Assembly (NCBI GenBank): GCA_016748015.1
Contig: JAAOMT010000145.1
Location: forward strand, 1 to 22,227
Source of the DNA: Geosiphon pyriformis uo1
Lineage: Eukaryota > Fungi > Glomeromycota
Direction of reading: 5' to 3'
DNA length: 22,227 nt
The notes under the pieces were generated by a model. That model was not told the DNA's origin, ran no database searches, and worked only from the letters and a program-made list of their open reading frames with translations. A program made the position numbers and the translations under genes. Below, piece by piece: positions 10,958-22,227 of the stretch; positions within the stretch are counted from its first letter, which is position 1, and the number at the start of each line of letters is the position of its first letter.

Positions 10958-12232
10958 GGCATTAAATCATGTGCTTTTATTTGAAGACAACAAAGAAAAC
11001 AATTTTCAAGAGATGTTTGATAAAAAATTGTGGATAGCAGTAATTAATGACATTGAGAAACAATTTGTTTCATATCGACTTTTTATTAATAATATTTTAC
11101 TTTGCCATGTTATGTTCAAGGTAATTTTTTGGGTAATATTAACAATATTTTTTTCTTTTAGATTAATTTTTTTAAATTACAGGCTGCGAATTACACATTT
11201 GAAGATTGTAAGTTGCTTCTGCGAAAATGGCAACAGCAAATGGATAATACTATTCTTATTGAGTTTTTCGAGAGTATGTAAGTAAATATTTTCTAATTTT
11301 TTTTATAATTAACAATATTTTTTATTTAAGTTTACAACAATCTTGGTGGAATCAAAGAGATCAGAATGAAAATAATTTTGTTCATGAAGTAGTACCTATA
11401 TTAAAATCTTTCTTTGCTTTAAATAAATTACTTGAATGCAATTGGTAAGTAATATATTTCTACTTAATTTTTAATAAATTATTAATTCTACTATTTTTGT
11501 TGATCAATTGATATATTGGATGCATCAACACATCGTAAAAGAAAATTCGATCCTTCACTTCAAGGCAGAAAACCCGATTTCACCATTTTTACATCAACAA
11601 TGAATAAAAAGGAATTTTTGTTTGTGGGGGAAGTGAAATTGCCAAAACATCGTTATTCAAAGGAATTATTTAATGAAGGATTGTTTGGACAAGATGATTA
11701 ATAATGGTATAGAAAGCAAAGAGGCAATCGTTTGTGGGCTTCTTGTTCAAGGTAAGTTTTTGGAATTATAACATTTTATAATATTTTATAATTACATTTT
11801 TTTTCAATACTTAGGATTCCAATGTTCACTGTATGCAATAGATTTGCAATATGATGGAGTTTATAGAATGATTTTTTTGGGTCAATTTTTACTTCCTCGA
11901 AATAATTATGACTTTGGAGTATTGCCCAATGTTATTCAAGTATTGATGAAAGCAAAGGTTAGTACAGACTTTTTTGCTATTTTAAAGATTTGTATTTTTA
12001 ACATCTTGTAATTTTATTTCACAATTATTGTAACGAATACGTGTGAACTTTGTATCAAAAGTTTGCGAAGTTCAAACTTTAAAGCTAAAGTTATTTTAAA
12101 TAAGCAAGATCCGATAGATGGACAAGAAGAAGATAAATTACCAAAACACCATCACGTAAATTGATGATTTGGAATTCATATCATACCTCTATTAAGATTT
12201 CAGCTTCGAGTCGAAGTGTAGATAAGCTGTAA
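10958..12232 (+). pseudogene. Multi-exon PD-(D/E)xK restriction-endonuclease-fold (Crinkler C-terminal-like) hypothetical protein pseudogene
   Basis: Canonical introns at 11121-11182, 11278-11330 and 11752-11814; donors at 11445 and 11958 have damaged acceptors. The spliced peptide contains ENNFVHEVVPILKSFF..W, GRKPDF..FVGEVK, MKDCLDKMINNG..VCGLLVQG and YAIDLQYDGVYRMIFLGQFLLP. There is a frameshift/deletion at about 11673. A possible upstream exon at 8095-8167 lies on the far side of the pogo. Confidence 0.7.
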
Positions 12233-12508
12233 TTTATTGCTCCTAGTTAAATTTTAAATAAGAATATTGGTTAATAAAACAAAAAGTTATAATTTCAATA
12301 ATAAATTTCACCTACCAAAATTTTGCATCATTTTATATCACGTCGCGATTATTTTTTAGCTTCATAAATATGGGATCATTCTTGGGTCCTATACTTGGTC
12401 ACATGGCTAAAAGGACCATAGGGCCTACAATCCTTAAAGCAAAATCTGGTGATTGTTTACGCGTTTAAAAAGAGTCGGATCATTATAAAGTCTCATAATA
12501 ATAATTGG

Positions 12509-13130
12509 AGTTGCTATTTCGACGAAACTCTACCTGAAGATTACCGCTTGTGAATTTTTACATATACCGATCCAAGCAAACCGGACTTCGCACCGAATTT
12601 CCGGAAGGAGGCTGACAGGTTGCAAAAGGATTTGAAAAATTTGATGAAGAATGGTTCTGAAAATGTTAAGGAGGGTGTTCACCGACTTGATAATGCTTTT
12701 AAGGCTAGCTTTTTGGTTTCTCTTTCTTTTTTTTTACAGGGCGGCTGGTGCGCAGAGGGAAGGATTTACATGACTAGGAGGGCGAACTGCTTGCTGGCCA
12801 TCTGATAATCTGCTTTTTCGTCATGTGTCGCAAGTGAGAACAATTGCTTGCTGCCTACTTTACGGTCTGCTTGTCCGTTATACCCGTTATGGTCTGCCTT
12901 CGGCCTTTCTTTTTGGGATATTTCAATGTCAACATGTCATACTACATACTAATTAGTATGGTTTGTAGGATTATCATATTGAATACTTTTATCAAGTCCT
13001 CGTTTAAATGCATTGATAATATCCTCTTTATTTTTGGAAGAAAATAGAAGAAAATTTATAGCATTCCAATTTTGAGTGATTGATTTGGCTAAAAAATTAT
13101 CAACATGTTGATAAAATTCCATATCTATTT
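12509..13130 (+). pseudogene. 5' relic of a Glomeromycotina-type hypothetical protein
   Basis: SCYFDETLPEDYR / NFYIYRSKQ / PDFAPNFRKEADRLQKDLKNLMKNGSENVKEGVHRLDNAFK across two frameshifts. A possible GC donor at about 12704, an acceptor TTTGTAG at about 12968, then FWKKIEE. The family resemblance is from memory, not a search. Confidence 0.5.
12710..12940 (-). mobile_element. Reverse-oriented poly(A)-tailed retroposon fragment (SINE or LINE 3' end)
   Basis: About 200 bp of sharply GC/CpG-richer non-coding sequence. On the minus strand it ends ...CTAGTCATGTAAATCCTTCCCTCTGCGCACCAGCCGCCCTGT followed by an A-rich tail (T-run 12727-12735 within T-rich 12710-12735). It sits in the apparent intron of the 12509 relic. 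No clear TSD. Confidence 0.45.
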
Positions 13131-13249
13131 TTTTAATAATAAGTAAATTTATTAGCATAAAAAGAACGAATTAATATACTAAAAAAGTCTCAAATATAGT
13201 TATTATAAGGATAAACAGTAAATTATAAAAATAATATTTCAGTTTTTCT

Positions 13250-13435
13250 AATTCCAAATATCGGTCACAGAGTTATAGACTATATTTTGCTTTAGTATAC
13301 TGGAAGAGAGGCCGAAGGTATAATATTTTTTCAAAGTGCTGCGAATTCCAAACATCGGTCACAGGGCTATAGATTATATGAGAATAGGATACTATTTTAC
13401 TTTGGTATAATGAAAAAGAGGCCTTAGACATATTG
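13250..13435. repeat. Two-copy degenerate direct repeat, possibly a decayed Sel1/TPR-like coding repeat
   Basis: AATTCCAAA(T/C)ATCGGTCACAG(A/G)G(T/C)TATAGA(C/T)TAT occurs at 13250 and 13344. Similarity resumes after about 17 extra bp in copy 2 (ATTTT(G/A)CTTT(A/G)GTATA..GAGGCC). The restored period is about 111 bp (37 codons). Confidence 0.65.
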
Positions 13436-14040
13436 ATTATAAAGCCAACTATATAAACATAAAATGCTGCTAATGTTATGTTTTCTATTGTAACAATATA
13501 AGAAATAAACACTTAACTATTCTTCGTCAAATGATCTTGGTTTTTCCAAAGTTTGAGAGTGAAAATTATTTTACTTTATATAAATAAATTATAAATTAAA
13601 CTAAAATATCTTATATTTATAAGTTTGCCAAAATGTAAATAATTTATAAAATTTGTTATATGTTTAATAGTTTGTAAAAATTTAAAAAACATTTATAAAA
13701 ATAATAGTGTTTAAACTTAAAATAAAATAAAATAAGCTTTTTTATCGCTTTGAAGTGTTTTTTGCATTGAATAGTTTCAGATAGTTGAAAAAAAATTTGA
13801 ATGTATACTTATTTTAATTAGTCTGAAAGTCTTGTTTGAAATCGGTCAAAAGAGGCGTGATGTCGAACTACGACAAAATTGAAATTATTTCAGAAAATAA
13901 ATAATGTTTGGTACCAATATTAAATAATTTCCTTTTAAGCCTAGTTATTTAAAATATAGTACAATTTTTAAAACACAGCCCCAGAAGATTTTTTTATTCA
14001 AAATACCTTAATATCAATGTTATAATATATATAAAAATTG

Positions 14041-14270
14041 ATATGTAGTATTGCCTCCTGCATTTAAACTAGCTTGAATACAGGTAAACATGCTACGAAT
14101 ATTAGCAAGTGCTACCTCCTCTGGAAGGTTTTTTCATTCTTTTTGTATATAGCTCTTAAAAAAAAATTTTAAACACGTACATGCATGGGAAATTTTTCAA
14201 TTCAAAGTCACACACTCCTATTTTCTAAAAAATTTTTGGTATAAAATTTGAATTTTGAAATTGCAACTGT
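14041..14270 (-). pseudogene. Tc1-like (DDE_3) transposase C-terminal fragment
   Basis: Minus 14155-14041 reads KSYIQKE*KNLPEEVALANIRSMFTCIQASLNAGGNTTY. This matches the Tc1 C-terminal pattern W..IP......I.SMP.R..A...A.GG.T.Y, with TGA at the Trp. A degraded NSPDLNP-like stretch (QNSNFIP..F*) lies upstream. No TIR identified. Confidence 0.65.
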
Positions 14271-15344
14271 TTTTTTTACTATTAATTTTTTTAATTTTAT
14301 GTCAGTTTTACAATCTGGTGGAAAGTGATAGTGGTAATACCATTAGCGAAATTTATCACGCTACCAACCTTCTTGTAGAAAAAGGTTGACGCATAAATGT
14401 TATTTTTGTTTACCACATCTTCCCCGCTATTTCTTTTTTTTTTATATACACTTATAAATAGCTTTTTTTTATATAAACAACCAAAACTATGAAATATCTG
14501 AAATAATCTATTAATGCTTATTACATATTTTTATAAACCTATTATTATCTAAATAATAATAAACATGGTTTATAGTTTTTCATTTCAAAACATAATAATA
14601 ATAAGTGGTTTGTTTTTCACAAGATAATGTTGGATGGCAAGCTCTTCTATTATTGGAAAATTAATGTATTTAAGTATATGAAACAGATTATTATTACATT
14701 TAACAATATTTGATTACCAAAGACTAAAAAATTAAGAATTGATATTATTATTCAAAACAAAGTTTAAATATCCAAAAATTGTAGTTAATATTATAACATT
14801 TAAAGATCAAAATATTCAAAATGTATAATTACTGAAATTGTAAGATTAAAATAAGTAAAGATAAAAATAGCACTTTGCAATTTTTTTTCGAATATTGCTT
14901 GATAAAATCATAACCATACAAGAAATAATAATTATTAAATATTTAATTCTTATTTTAAAATATAGTTTAATGTATTTAATTTGTTATTTATTATTATAAA
15001 ATTTTTATTTTTATTTTATTAAAAAGAATTTTTATTATTATTAATAAAGTTATTACGTATATAATAAAATTAAATAAAAAAGATTTTAAATTTATAAAAA
15101 TTTATTATTATTATTTATTTTTATGTAAAATATTGTAAATAAAAAAATAATGTTATATTATTTTCCATATTTTATGCGAAATGCTTATTAAATTAATAAA
15201 CGAATAAAATAAAATAATATTTTGTTGAAAATTATTTAATTATTTTCAAAAAGTGTTCTATATAGGAAAAATAATTTAATGACTGGTCAAAGAACAAATT
15301 CAATGTTTAAAAAGTAGAAAATTATAGGTATAATGAATTTACTA

Positions 15345-16936
15345 TTATACATTAGATTTATTAATGTGTCCTCCCCTTAACTTGTTTTGTGAGATTATTT
15401 TTTTAATCATATCTTTGTTAAAGTTCTCACAATTCCTCATGTCTTTTCCAAAATATGGACCATAAGTAAAATATTTATCTTTATCAGTACTCTTGGTTTC
15501 CCTCGAAAAGTAAATCTCATGTATACGAACATTACACGCCTAGAAAGTTTCAAAAAAGTTAATAGTAAAATTTATCTCTTTATTGGCAAATGTAAAAATT
15601 CATACCGGATTTTCGTTGAATAAATGTGTGTTAAAACACTTGTAAACAAGTGGGTCCAAATTTTGCCCACATTCACAGTTTGATTTTTCCTCAGATATAT
15701 CATGTGCTTTAGCATCAATCCAAAATTCTGGTTTAAAGTGTCTATATTGTTCATATGCTATAAGCAGTGATTTTTCTGGTTTCTCAATTTCATCATTCCA
15801 TTTCAAAAAAATTTTTACTCCTCTTATTGGTATATTTGGTAACAAATCATCTGCAATTGTTAGACGATAAATCTTTTTTATAAATTTCAAACGAGAAATT
15901 TAGTAAAAAAAATTTTGGATTATGCTCAAATTACTTATTGTAAACACTCATTAATTTATTAATTACCTCAAGATTGGCTTGAACAAAAGCAGCAAAAATT
16001 TCATTTCCTATTCTTGGCTGGCCAAAAGTAACAACAATGGGCCTCTTTTTCGGTTGATATTTTTTCAAGAACTCGAGAGCAGCAAAGACTACATATGCTT
16101 TTTATAAAAAGAGTACCTTAAATTTAAAATATATTTTTCAATTTCATAATTTTTTTTGATTGATAATAAACTTACGGCCGCTTTGACCGAATCCAGTAAA
16201 GTCAAAGTTTGTAAAATTGTATTGTATCGGCGAACTTTTCAAATAAACTTGAAGTCCATTGAAAAAGTTAGTTTCAAAGTAATTTTTCCACTTAATGTTG
16301 TAGTTTTTCCCGACCCAAGCACCAGTTACGTCTGGGAATTGAACTATTGCAGATAAATCTTGTACATGTTGTCCCAATGCTGCTAAAGAATTGTAATTGA
16401 GGTGTGCAAAACTAAACGTGATTTTTGATTCATCATGTGTCAAAAAAGAAACCGAGGCTTGACGATCAACTACAGTATTTTGGTAAAAAATGATTAGAAG
16501 TCGCAAAATTTAAATTCCCCAATAAGACAAAGTTTCATTGGTTATTATAACTCTGTTGATAGCAGTGCGATATCCAGGCCAAATTTGCCTTGTTAGCAAA
16601 TAGTTTTAGAAGCTCTTTATCATTAACTAAGGTTTTCACATAACGAGGACCCGTAAATTTTCTTGATTTGATGATCGTGATTTCGGATTTATCATTTATA
16701 TCTTTTTTTTGGGAAACTTTGAGATTATTTATTGAAAACTTTTTGACTGGTAGCATCTGCTGAGGATGATGAATACACTCGAATTATTCATCATTTCGTA
16801 TCAAGAAGCAATGGATTTTTTCCAATTTTATTGATTTTGATTGTGACAAAAAAAATTACCAAAGAATGAAAAAAATTATAGCTATAATTTGTAAAAAAAA
16901 AATTGATTTAAAGTACTTTATGAATTCTTTATACAT
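15345..16936 (-). pseudogene. Class-3 lipase-like pseudogene, paralog B (nucleophile Ser absent)
   Basis: Candidate ATG at 16936 with a hydrophobic N-terminus, two in-frame TAA codons and a frameshift at about 16540. GT-AG introns at 16175-16098, 15966-15873 and 15605-15540. Motifs: FTGFGQSGP, VVTFGQPRIGNEIFAAFV, IYRLTIADDLLPNIP, YRHFKPEFWI, ENP|ACN, TYGPYFGKDM. Stop at 15345-15347. Confidence 0.85.
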
Positions 16937-17356
16937 AATGTTTCTTTTTTTTTGAAAAGATCCTTTGTGAAATCTCATTTCAGTTTTGAAATTTATTCCG
17001 GTTATAGATAGAATATGTTTAATGCATATGCATTTATTTGTTTGAAATATCCCTGGATTTCTAAGCTTTTATTTGTCGATTATTAAACAAATATTCTAGT
17101 ATTTTGAATTGCAAAAAGTTTTGTCCCATTTTATACTTAGTTTTCAAATTTCAAAGTATATTTCCCGTGATCATCAAAGAATATAAGAAAATGTACAATC
17201 ATACGAGGAAAAAGTTTGGTTCAACCATTAATTAAGAAACACACACAAAAACCGATTAATATTGGTTCAAAATCTAGCTTTTTACTTTGACCATTGTTAT
17301 TTTTTTTTTAAAAAAAAATTGTAATTTTTTTAATTGCAAAATATATATGCCCAAAT
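16937..17356. promoter_or_regulatory. Candidate shared bidirectional promoter region
   Basis: About 420 bp between the head-to-head starts of lipase-like paralogs B and C. Positional inference only; no specific element recognised. Confidence 0.3.
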
Positions 17357-18787
17357 ATGATTCATAAAATTTTAATCTTTTTGTCCTTTACTCTAATTTC
17401 TCTTTTTCATTTCCAATCTACGAATGAATTTAATATTATAGCTGAGAGCGAACGAATAAGAACTCACAATGAATTTCATTTAAATTCACTAAAAGAAAAT
17501 TTTTCTCTCAGAAACACTCAAACCTCTATTCAGCGATTTTCTATTTCAGCCAGAGGTCTTGATAATAAAGTGGTTGGAATTGGAAACGATAAAGATATAA
17601 TATTTGTAAAAGAAATTGTTGAAGATGCAAAAGTTTTGGCTCAATTGTCATCGAGTGCAACTTTTTCATGGAGAGCGTCTTGTCAACAAATCTTCCCAAA
17701 CTATAAAAACTCCTATCTAAGAGGTACTAGTGATTACCGAGTTTGGGGTCAGCAAAAATTTATTCTTATATTTGGGGAGGTTGGAGTTCTTTTTTGAAAT
17801 CAAAAAATAAAAAGCTATATTCAATGAGATTCCATGGCTCTAAACTTTTGAAACATCACTAAAGCAGTAATGTTTTCTGAAAAGACAATTTTTTTCGGTA
17901 CTGTGGAACAAGATTTTAATTATATTACAGTTGAGCCGTCACACGGAAGATGGGATGCTATTCCATATCCATATGTAGAAGACGAGTTGTCTCTAAAATA
18001 TTTTATAATTATTGGGAACGTTGCTCAGCTCAATTTTGGGAAAAATTCAAAGATTCTGAAAAGAAAAATTATTTAACAAAATTTGTTAATAAATATACAT
18101 TTACAGGCTTTGGTTTTGGAGCTGGTAGATCTAATTTAATTTATGATTACAAAATTCAAAAAAAAACTTTATGATTTAAAAAAAAATTTCAATTTTAGTT
18201 TTAGCGGTATTTGCTTCACTTGAATATAAAAGAAATTATACGGAAACACCAGTTTCCCTTATTACTTTTGGTCAATCACGAATTGGAAATGAACTATTTG
18301 TTCATTATGTGGAACATATGCTTGATAAAACCTGGAGGGTGACTTATGGTGATGATTGGATGCCTAATTTTCCATTTGAAGGTTATAATCGTGAAATAAA
18401 GATGCCAACAGGTTCAAGAACAAGGTATCTCAAAATGTATACAGACACTTGCGAAAAGAATTTTGGATAGAACCTGTATGTGATTTTCTTAAGCCAAAAA
18501 TTTATTTGTGTTATCATACGGCTACTTGACATGAACATGAGATAATTTCAAAATTTTCAAAATGAGTTTTAAAAAGCCCCCCAATTTTACTTCTTTATAA
18601 TTGTCCAAAAAAATATTTTCAGGAATGTAACGGGAGAAATTATTTTCATAAAGCGATATATTCAGGAATCACCTGGGAAGAATTAATTATGAATTACAGA
18701 CAATCGCACCCTGATGAACCACATTTTGGTCCATATTTTAGGCATACCATGCTTCAAAAATGCCCTCTTATTAAAAAGCCTAAATGA
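17357..18787 (+). pseudogene. Putatively secreted class-3 lipase-like pseudogene, paralog C (nucleophile Ser absent)
   Basis: Signal-peptide-like start MIHKILIFLSFTLISLFHF. Intron 18125-18198, and intron 18542-18622 with the donor apparently mutated GT>AT. Motifs: FTGFGFGAV, LITFGQSRIGNELFVHYV, WRVTYGDDWMPNFP, YRHLRKEFWI, EHE|ECN, PHFGPYFRHTM. Frame disruptions at about 17797, 17985 and 18440, and an in-frame TGA at 18527. Stop at 18785-18787. Confidence 0.87.
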
Positions 18788-19919
18788 GTAAATTTTTTTA
18801 GATATTGCATGCTTTTTTATGATTTAATAATTTTCTCTGTTAGTATGTTTTAAAATAAATTAAGATAGGTAAAATATTCTAAAAAATTAACAATATCTGA
18901 ATCATATTTTATAGATAAAAGTTCTTTTAATCTTCAAACTTTGTTAAAATACAAACAGTAAAATTTATTATAAAATAGTTCAAAAAATAGTAATAAAAAT
19001 TTTCCTATTAAACCAATGTGCTTTTTACTAAAAGCTGCCTTAGTTTACACATTAAATCTGACCAAAATTTTATTGCTCAAAACATTTCCGTTTTAATAAT
19101 GGGAAAAGTATAGAATCTGATATAAAATAATTTCAAACCAATATGAACTCTCTTTCTTAAAATTATTGATGATAAAGTTAAAAAACATGTTTCTAATTAT
19201 ATATAAATATATTATTTTATATTTAACGTCACGCTTTAAGCTAAAAATTACTTTAGAAAGAAAATTCTTCCCTATTTAAAAGATTGAGATAAAAATTATT
19301 GATTATGCAAATTTATAAATGTAACTTTGACACGCCAGACATGTCTAACCTAAAATATGTAATAAAACCGTACCTAATATTTTAGTACTCGCAGATAAAT
19401 TTCTCCTTTTCAAGATTTCTGATGATTTAACTGAAATAATTGTTTTTGTATCCATTTTATGTTTAAAGAACTATGATTGAATTTTATTTTCTAATTTAAT
19501 ATTAGGTAAAGCACAAACAAAATTGTTGTTTAAAAAAATATAGCACGACTTATCACAATTTCTTTTATATGTTCTTTGTTTTTCATTTTTAGTTAATAAA
19601 ACAATCAAACATATATAAAGATCTACATTTTAGTCGCCATTTGAGTTCATTTGTTTAATTTGAACACCAAAAAATTTCCTTTCTTTTTTCTTTTTTTTTT
19701 TTAATGGGACCAAAAATGCATTCAAAGTGTTAATTCAAATTCTTTAGAAATTTAGATTTACATCTAATGAGGTTATGGGTGACATAAACAAAATTAAGGA
19801 AAGTCAAATACCTGGCATAAATAGATTATGTTTATTTTTTATCAATTTGAGAAATCATCTCAAAAGGAAACCAATTGATTCAATTTAAGTTTTCTAATTG
19901 TTGAATTTTTATTTTAGAA

Positions 19920-22227
19920 AAAAATGCCATAATGCTTTCATTGTTAATATCGCGTTCCTGATAAAGACCATAGTTCAATTAAAAGGAAATCTGACAGCTT
20001 CTATTTTTCGAATACTTTGAGTTTCTTCAGAAAATTTTGGAATTCCTTCCACTCAACATTAATTCAAAGATCATTGTATTTCCAGTATATCCGTAGTAGA
20101 CCACAAAAACACATTCTCATATCGTTGTCAAACATTCCCGACTTTTGACAAAGTCCAAATTCAAAATTCAATTGCTTCATATTTTCGATTGAATGAAACC
20201 TGAAAGCTTATTTCAACAACAACAAAAATTAAACTTGTTTTAATATATAAATGTACATTGAACTAAAAATTGTTTGATATTAGGCATTTAAATAACCATC
20301 CTAATACTTTAAAGTAAATGAATGCCCAATATAAAATTGTTTATAAGCAGTGTTTAGATCAAAAAATTTATTGGGAGGACAATGGGAATAATGGGTCAAA
20401 TATTTTTAAATACATGCTTAATTTAAAATATTCAGAAATTCTGGAAATGTAAATCATAGGTCTTCACCATAATCTCTTTTAGTTTCCGACACGCAAAAAC
20501 TTTAGTTCTTTCGTGAACTTTGCTTTCAGATCCCTTTGAAACTTTTTAATAGAGAATGACTCAAACAAAGGGTATTAAGGCCTCGTCTCTCTTGATTTTC
20601 AACAGTTAAAATTGATAAAATAAAGCTTACATTTTGACCTGGTTTTCAATCTTTCAAATTTTACACTCACATTTTTCTTTTGATTTATTCTAAACATAAT
20701 TTGCCAACAGTCGCAAGTTAACTTACTCGTCGCGAAACAAGCTTTTGATCGATCTCTCGCAATTTTCATATCATCGTTATGATTAATCAATGGTCTTGAG
20801 CTGTTCCAGAATTCTTTATCAGTCATAACTTCATTTTTTCAGCAATAAGGGACAAGATACTTTCTTGATTGTAAATTGTTATGTTCAATCACTCAATAAT
20901 GATCATTCCAGCTCCAAATTTTATCGTCGGCATGATACTTGTAGAATTTTCAATTTTAGTAATCAGCTAGCAAATTCTAAAAATTCACTTGAAACCATTC
21001 GCCTCATGCTCTGCGGGGAAGAAGCATGCATAAGAAATCAATCCAGCGAAAATGCTCTGATACCTCATGTTTATAAAAAATTTTTATGATTTGGAAACGA
21101 AACTTCGCGCTTGATAACTCAAATATGTGCTTTTCGTCATGTCAATTTTTCAAAAGTTGATGAACTATTATTTCGGAATTCATTGGAAAAGTTACGATTA
21201 AACGGTTTGAACCTCCAATGCCTCTTCTATGGCTTTCAACCCTCACCAATCGCGAAAAGGTTAACTAAATAAAAACCTCGGCGTTTGCTTTAAGAAAGCG
21301 CAATGAGTTCAAAAACAGTAATAAGTATCGAACAAGATTGTTCCGAATGACCCATGTTCAGAAAATCAATAAAATTCCCATTATTCAACAGTTGTGTTAT
21401 CAAATGAAAATTATCAGCTGGCACAAGAAGCAGTCTAAACCATCATCATAGATATTGAAAACTATCAGCATCCACGTCGTTCCTCACCTCTACAAATTCA
21501 CAACTTATCAAGAACCAGTTCAAATTCTCCAAGAAATCTAATGTCAATTCAATTGATCACTAATAAACCGGACATATCGTTGCAAACACCACACATTTCT
21601 TTGGTGGCGTCACCATCCAAATACTATTTTACATGCTCCAACCAGCCATTCCCTTCCTTTTTCTAATTATTAGAAAAAATATAAAGCCCAAAGTCAACGA
21701 GTCCTCATTCTTCCACATCAAAAGAGGATTTTCAATGTGTCCATCCTAATTTAAAAAGAAATCTTCGTAATTTATACCCATGTGTAAAAAATATCACAAA
21801 TAATCATAAAAACTCTTCTTTTTCCTTTTACTAAATTTAGAAATAAATTTTAATAATATAATGCTTTTCGATAACCACATCATCCTTATATTTAGAAGTT
21901 TGCAATTCTATGCATGCTATGTTCATGCATTTAAATCTTTAAGCTACAGTAATAAGAAATCATTTTTGTATTTTCTAAATTCTTCTACCCTGTTGTATGG
22001 GATATATATGAATAATTCAATATCAATATTCTTTATTCCTTCTCCTTCGAAATCATATTGTTTTTCGATTATCATATCCTTTGATTAAAATTTCATAGAT
22101 ATTTAGAACGATTCTAACACATTCAAGGTTATTAAACATATTGAGCCGTTTTTCCTCTTTAACAAAATTAGTTTTTACGTAAACCTCAGAGTAAATTTTT
22201 CGAAGCCCAAGTTATAATTTCTTGTGG
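19920..22227 (-). pseudogene. Large decayed protein-coding gene of unknown function, running off the window end
   Basis: Less AT-rich sequence with long minus-strand frames broken by scattered stops. Examples: FLKANAEVFI*...KYHADDKIWSWNDHY*...MTDKEFWNSSRP (about 21300-20630) and FHSIENMKQLNFEFGLCQK..VEWKEFQNFLKKLK after the TTTCAG acceptor at about 20200. No recognised domain. Boundaries are approximate. Confidence 0.45.

Noticed and set aside
12736-12940. Hammerhead ribozyme or tRNA-derived head in the GC-rich insert
   Set aside because: No complete CUGAUGA...GAAA core with flanking stems and no clear A/B boxes were seen by eye.
14305-14430. Phosphoribosyltransferase-like fragment (ATNLLVEKG*RINVIFVYH)
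   Set aside because: It is short, lacks the conserved DD..TG.T motif, and could be chance.
9372-22088. Track ORFs 9372-9575, 10602-10862, 12844-13047, 12949-13158, 13273-13512, 15572-15754, 16156-16356, 20865-21089 and 21861-22088 as independent genes
   Set aside because: They are antisense or off-frame shadows of the relics described above, with no independent motifs.

Overview
Very AT-rich, intron-containing eukaryotic DNA, most likely fungal. Two gene relics resemble Glomeromycotina hypothetical-protein families from memory, so the taxon is an inference. I found no intact gene, and most ORFs in the track are fragments or antisense shadows. The best-supported feature is a full-length but dead pogo/Tigger-type (DDE_1/CENP-B-like) DNA transposon at 8170-10916, with 24-bp TIRs and TA target-site duplications (TSDs). 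It carries about 11.3 copies of a 57-bp repeat between its left TIR and the transposase. There are three decayed class-3 lipase-like paralogs (about 3061-4032 +, 15345-16936 -, 17357-18787 +), the last two head-to-head. In all three the nucleophile-elbow Ser is absent (Gly, or a Gly-derivable codon), which suggests a family of pseudoenzymes, at least one with a signal-peptide-like start. Other relics: a multi-exon PD-(D/E)xK gene apparently split by the pogo, a reverse-oriented poly(A)-tailed retroposon-like insert, a Tc1 transposase C-terminal fragment, an extremely AT-rich probable TE fossil and a large unknown pseudogene at the right end. C>T/G>A decay is pervasive.
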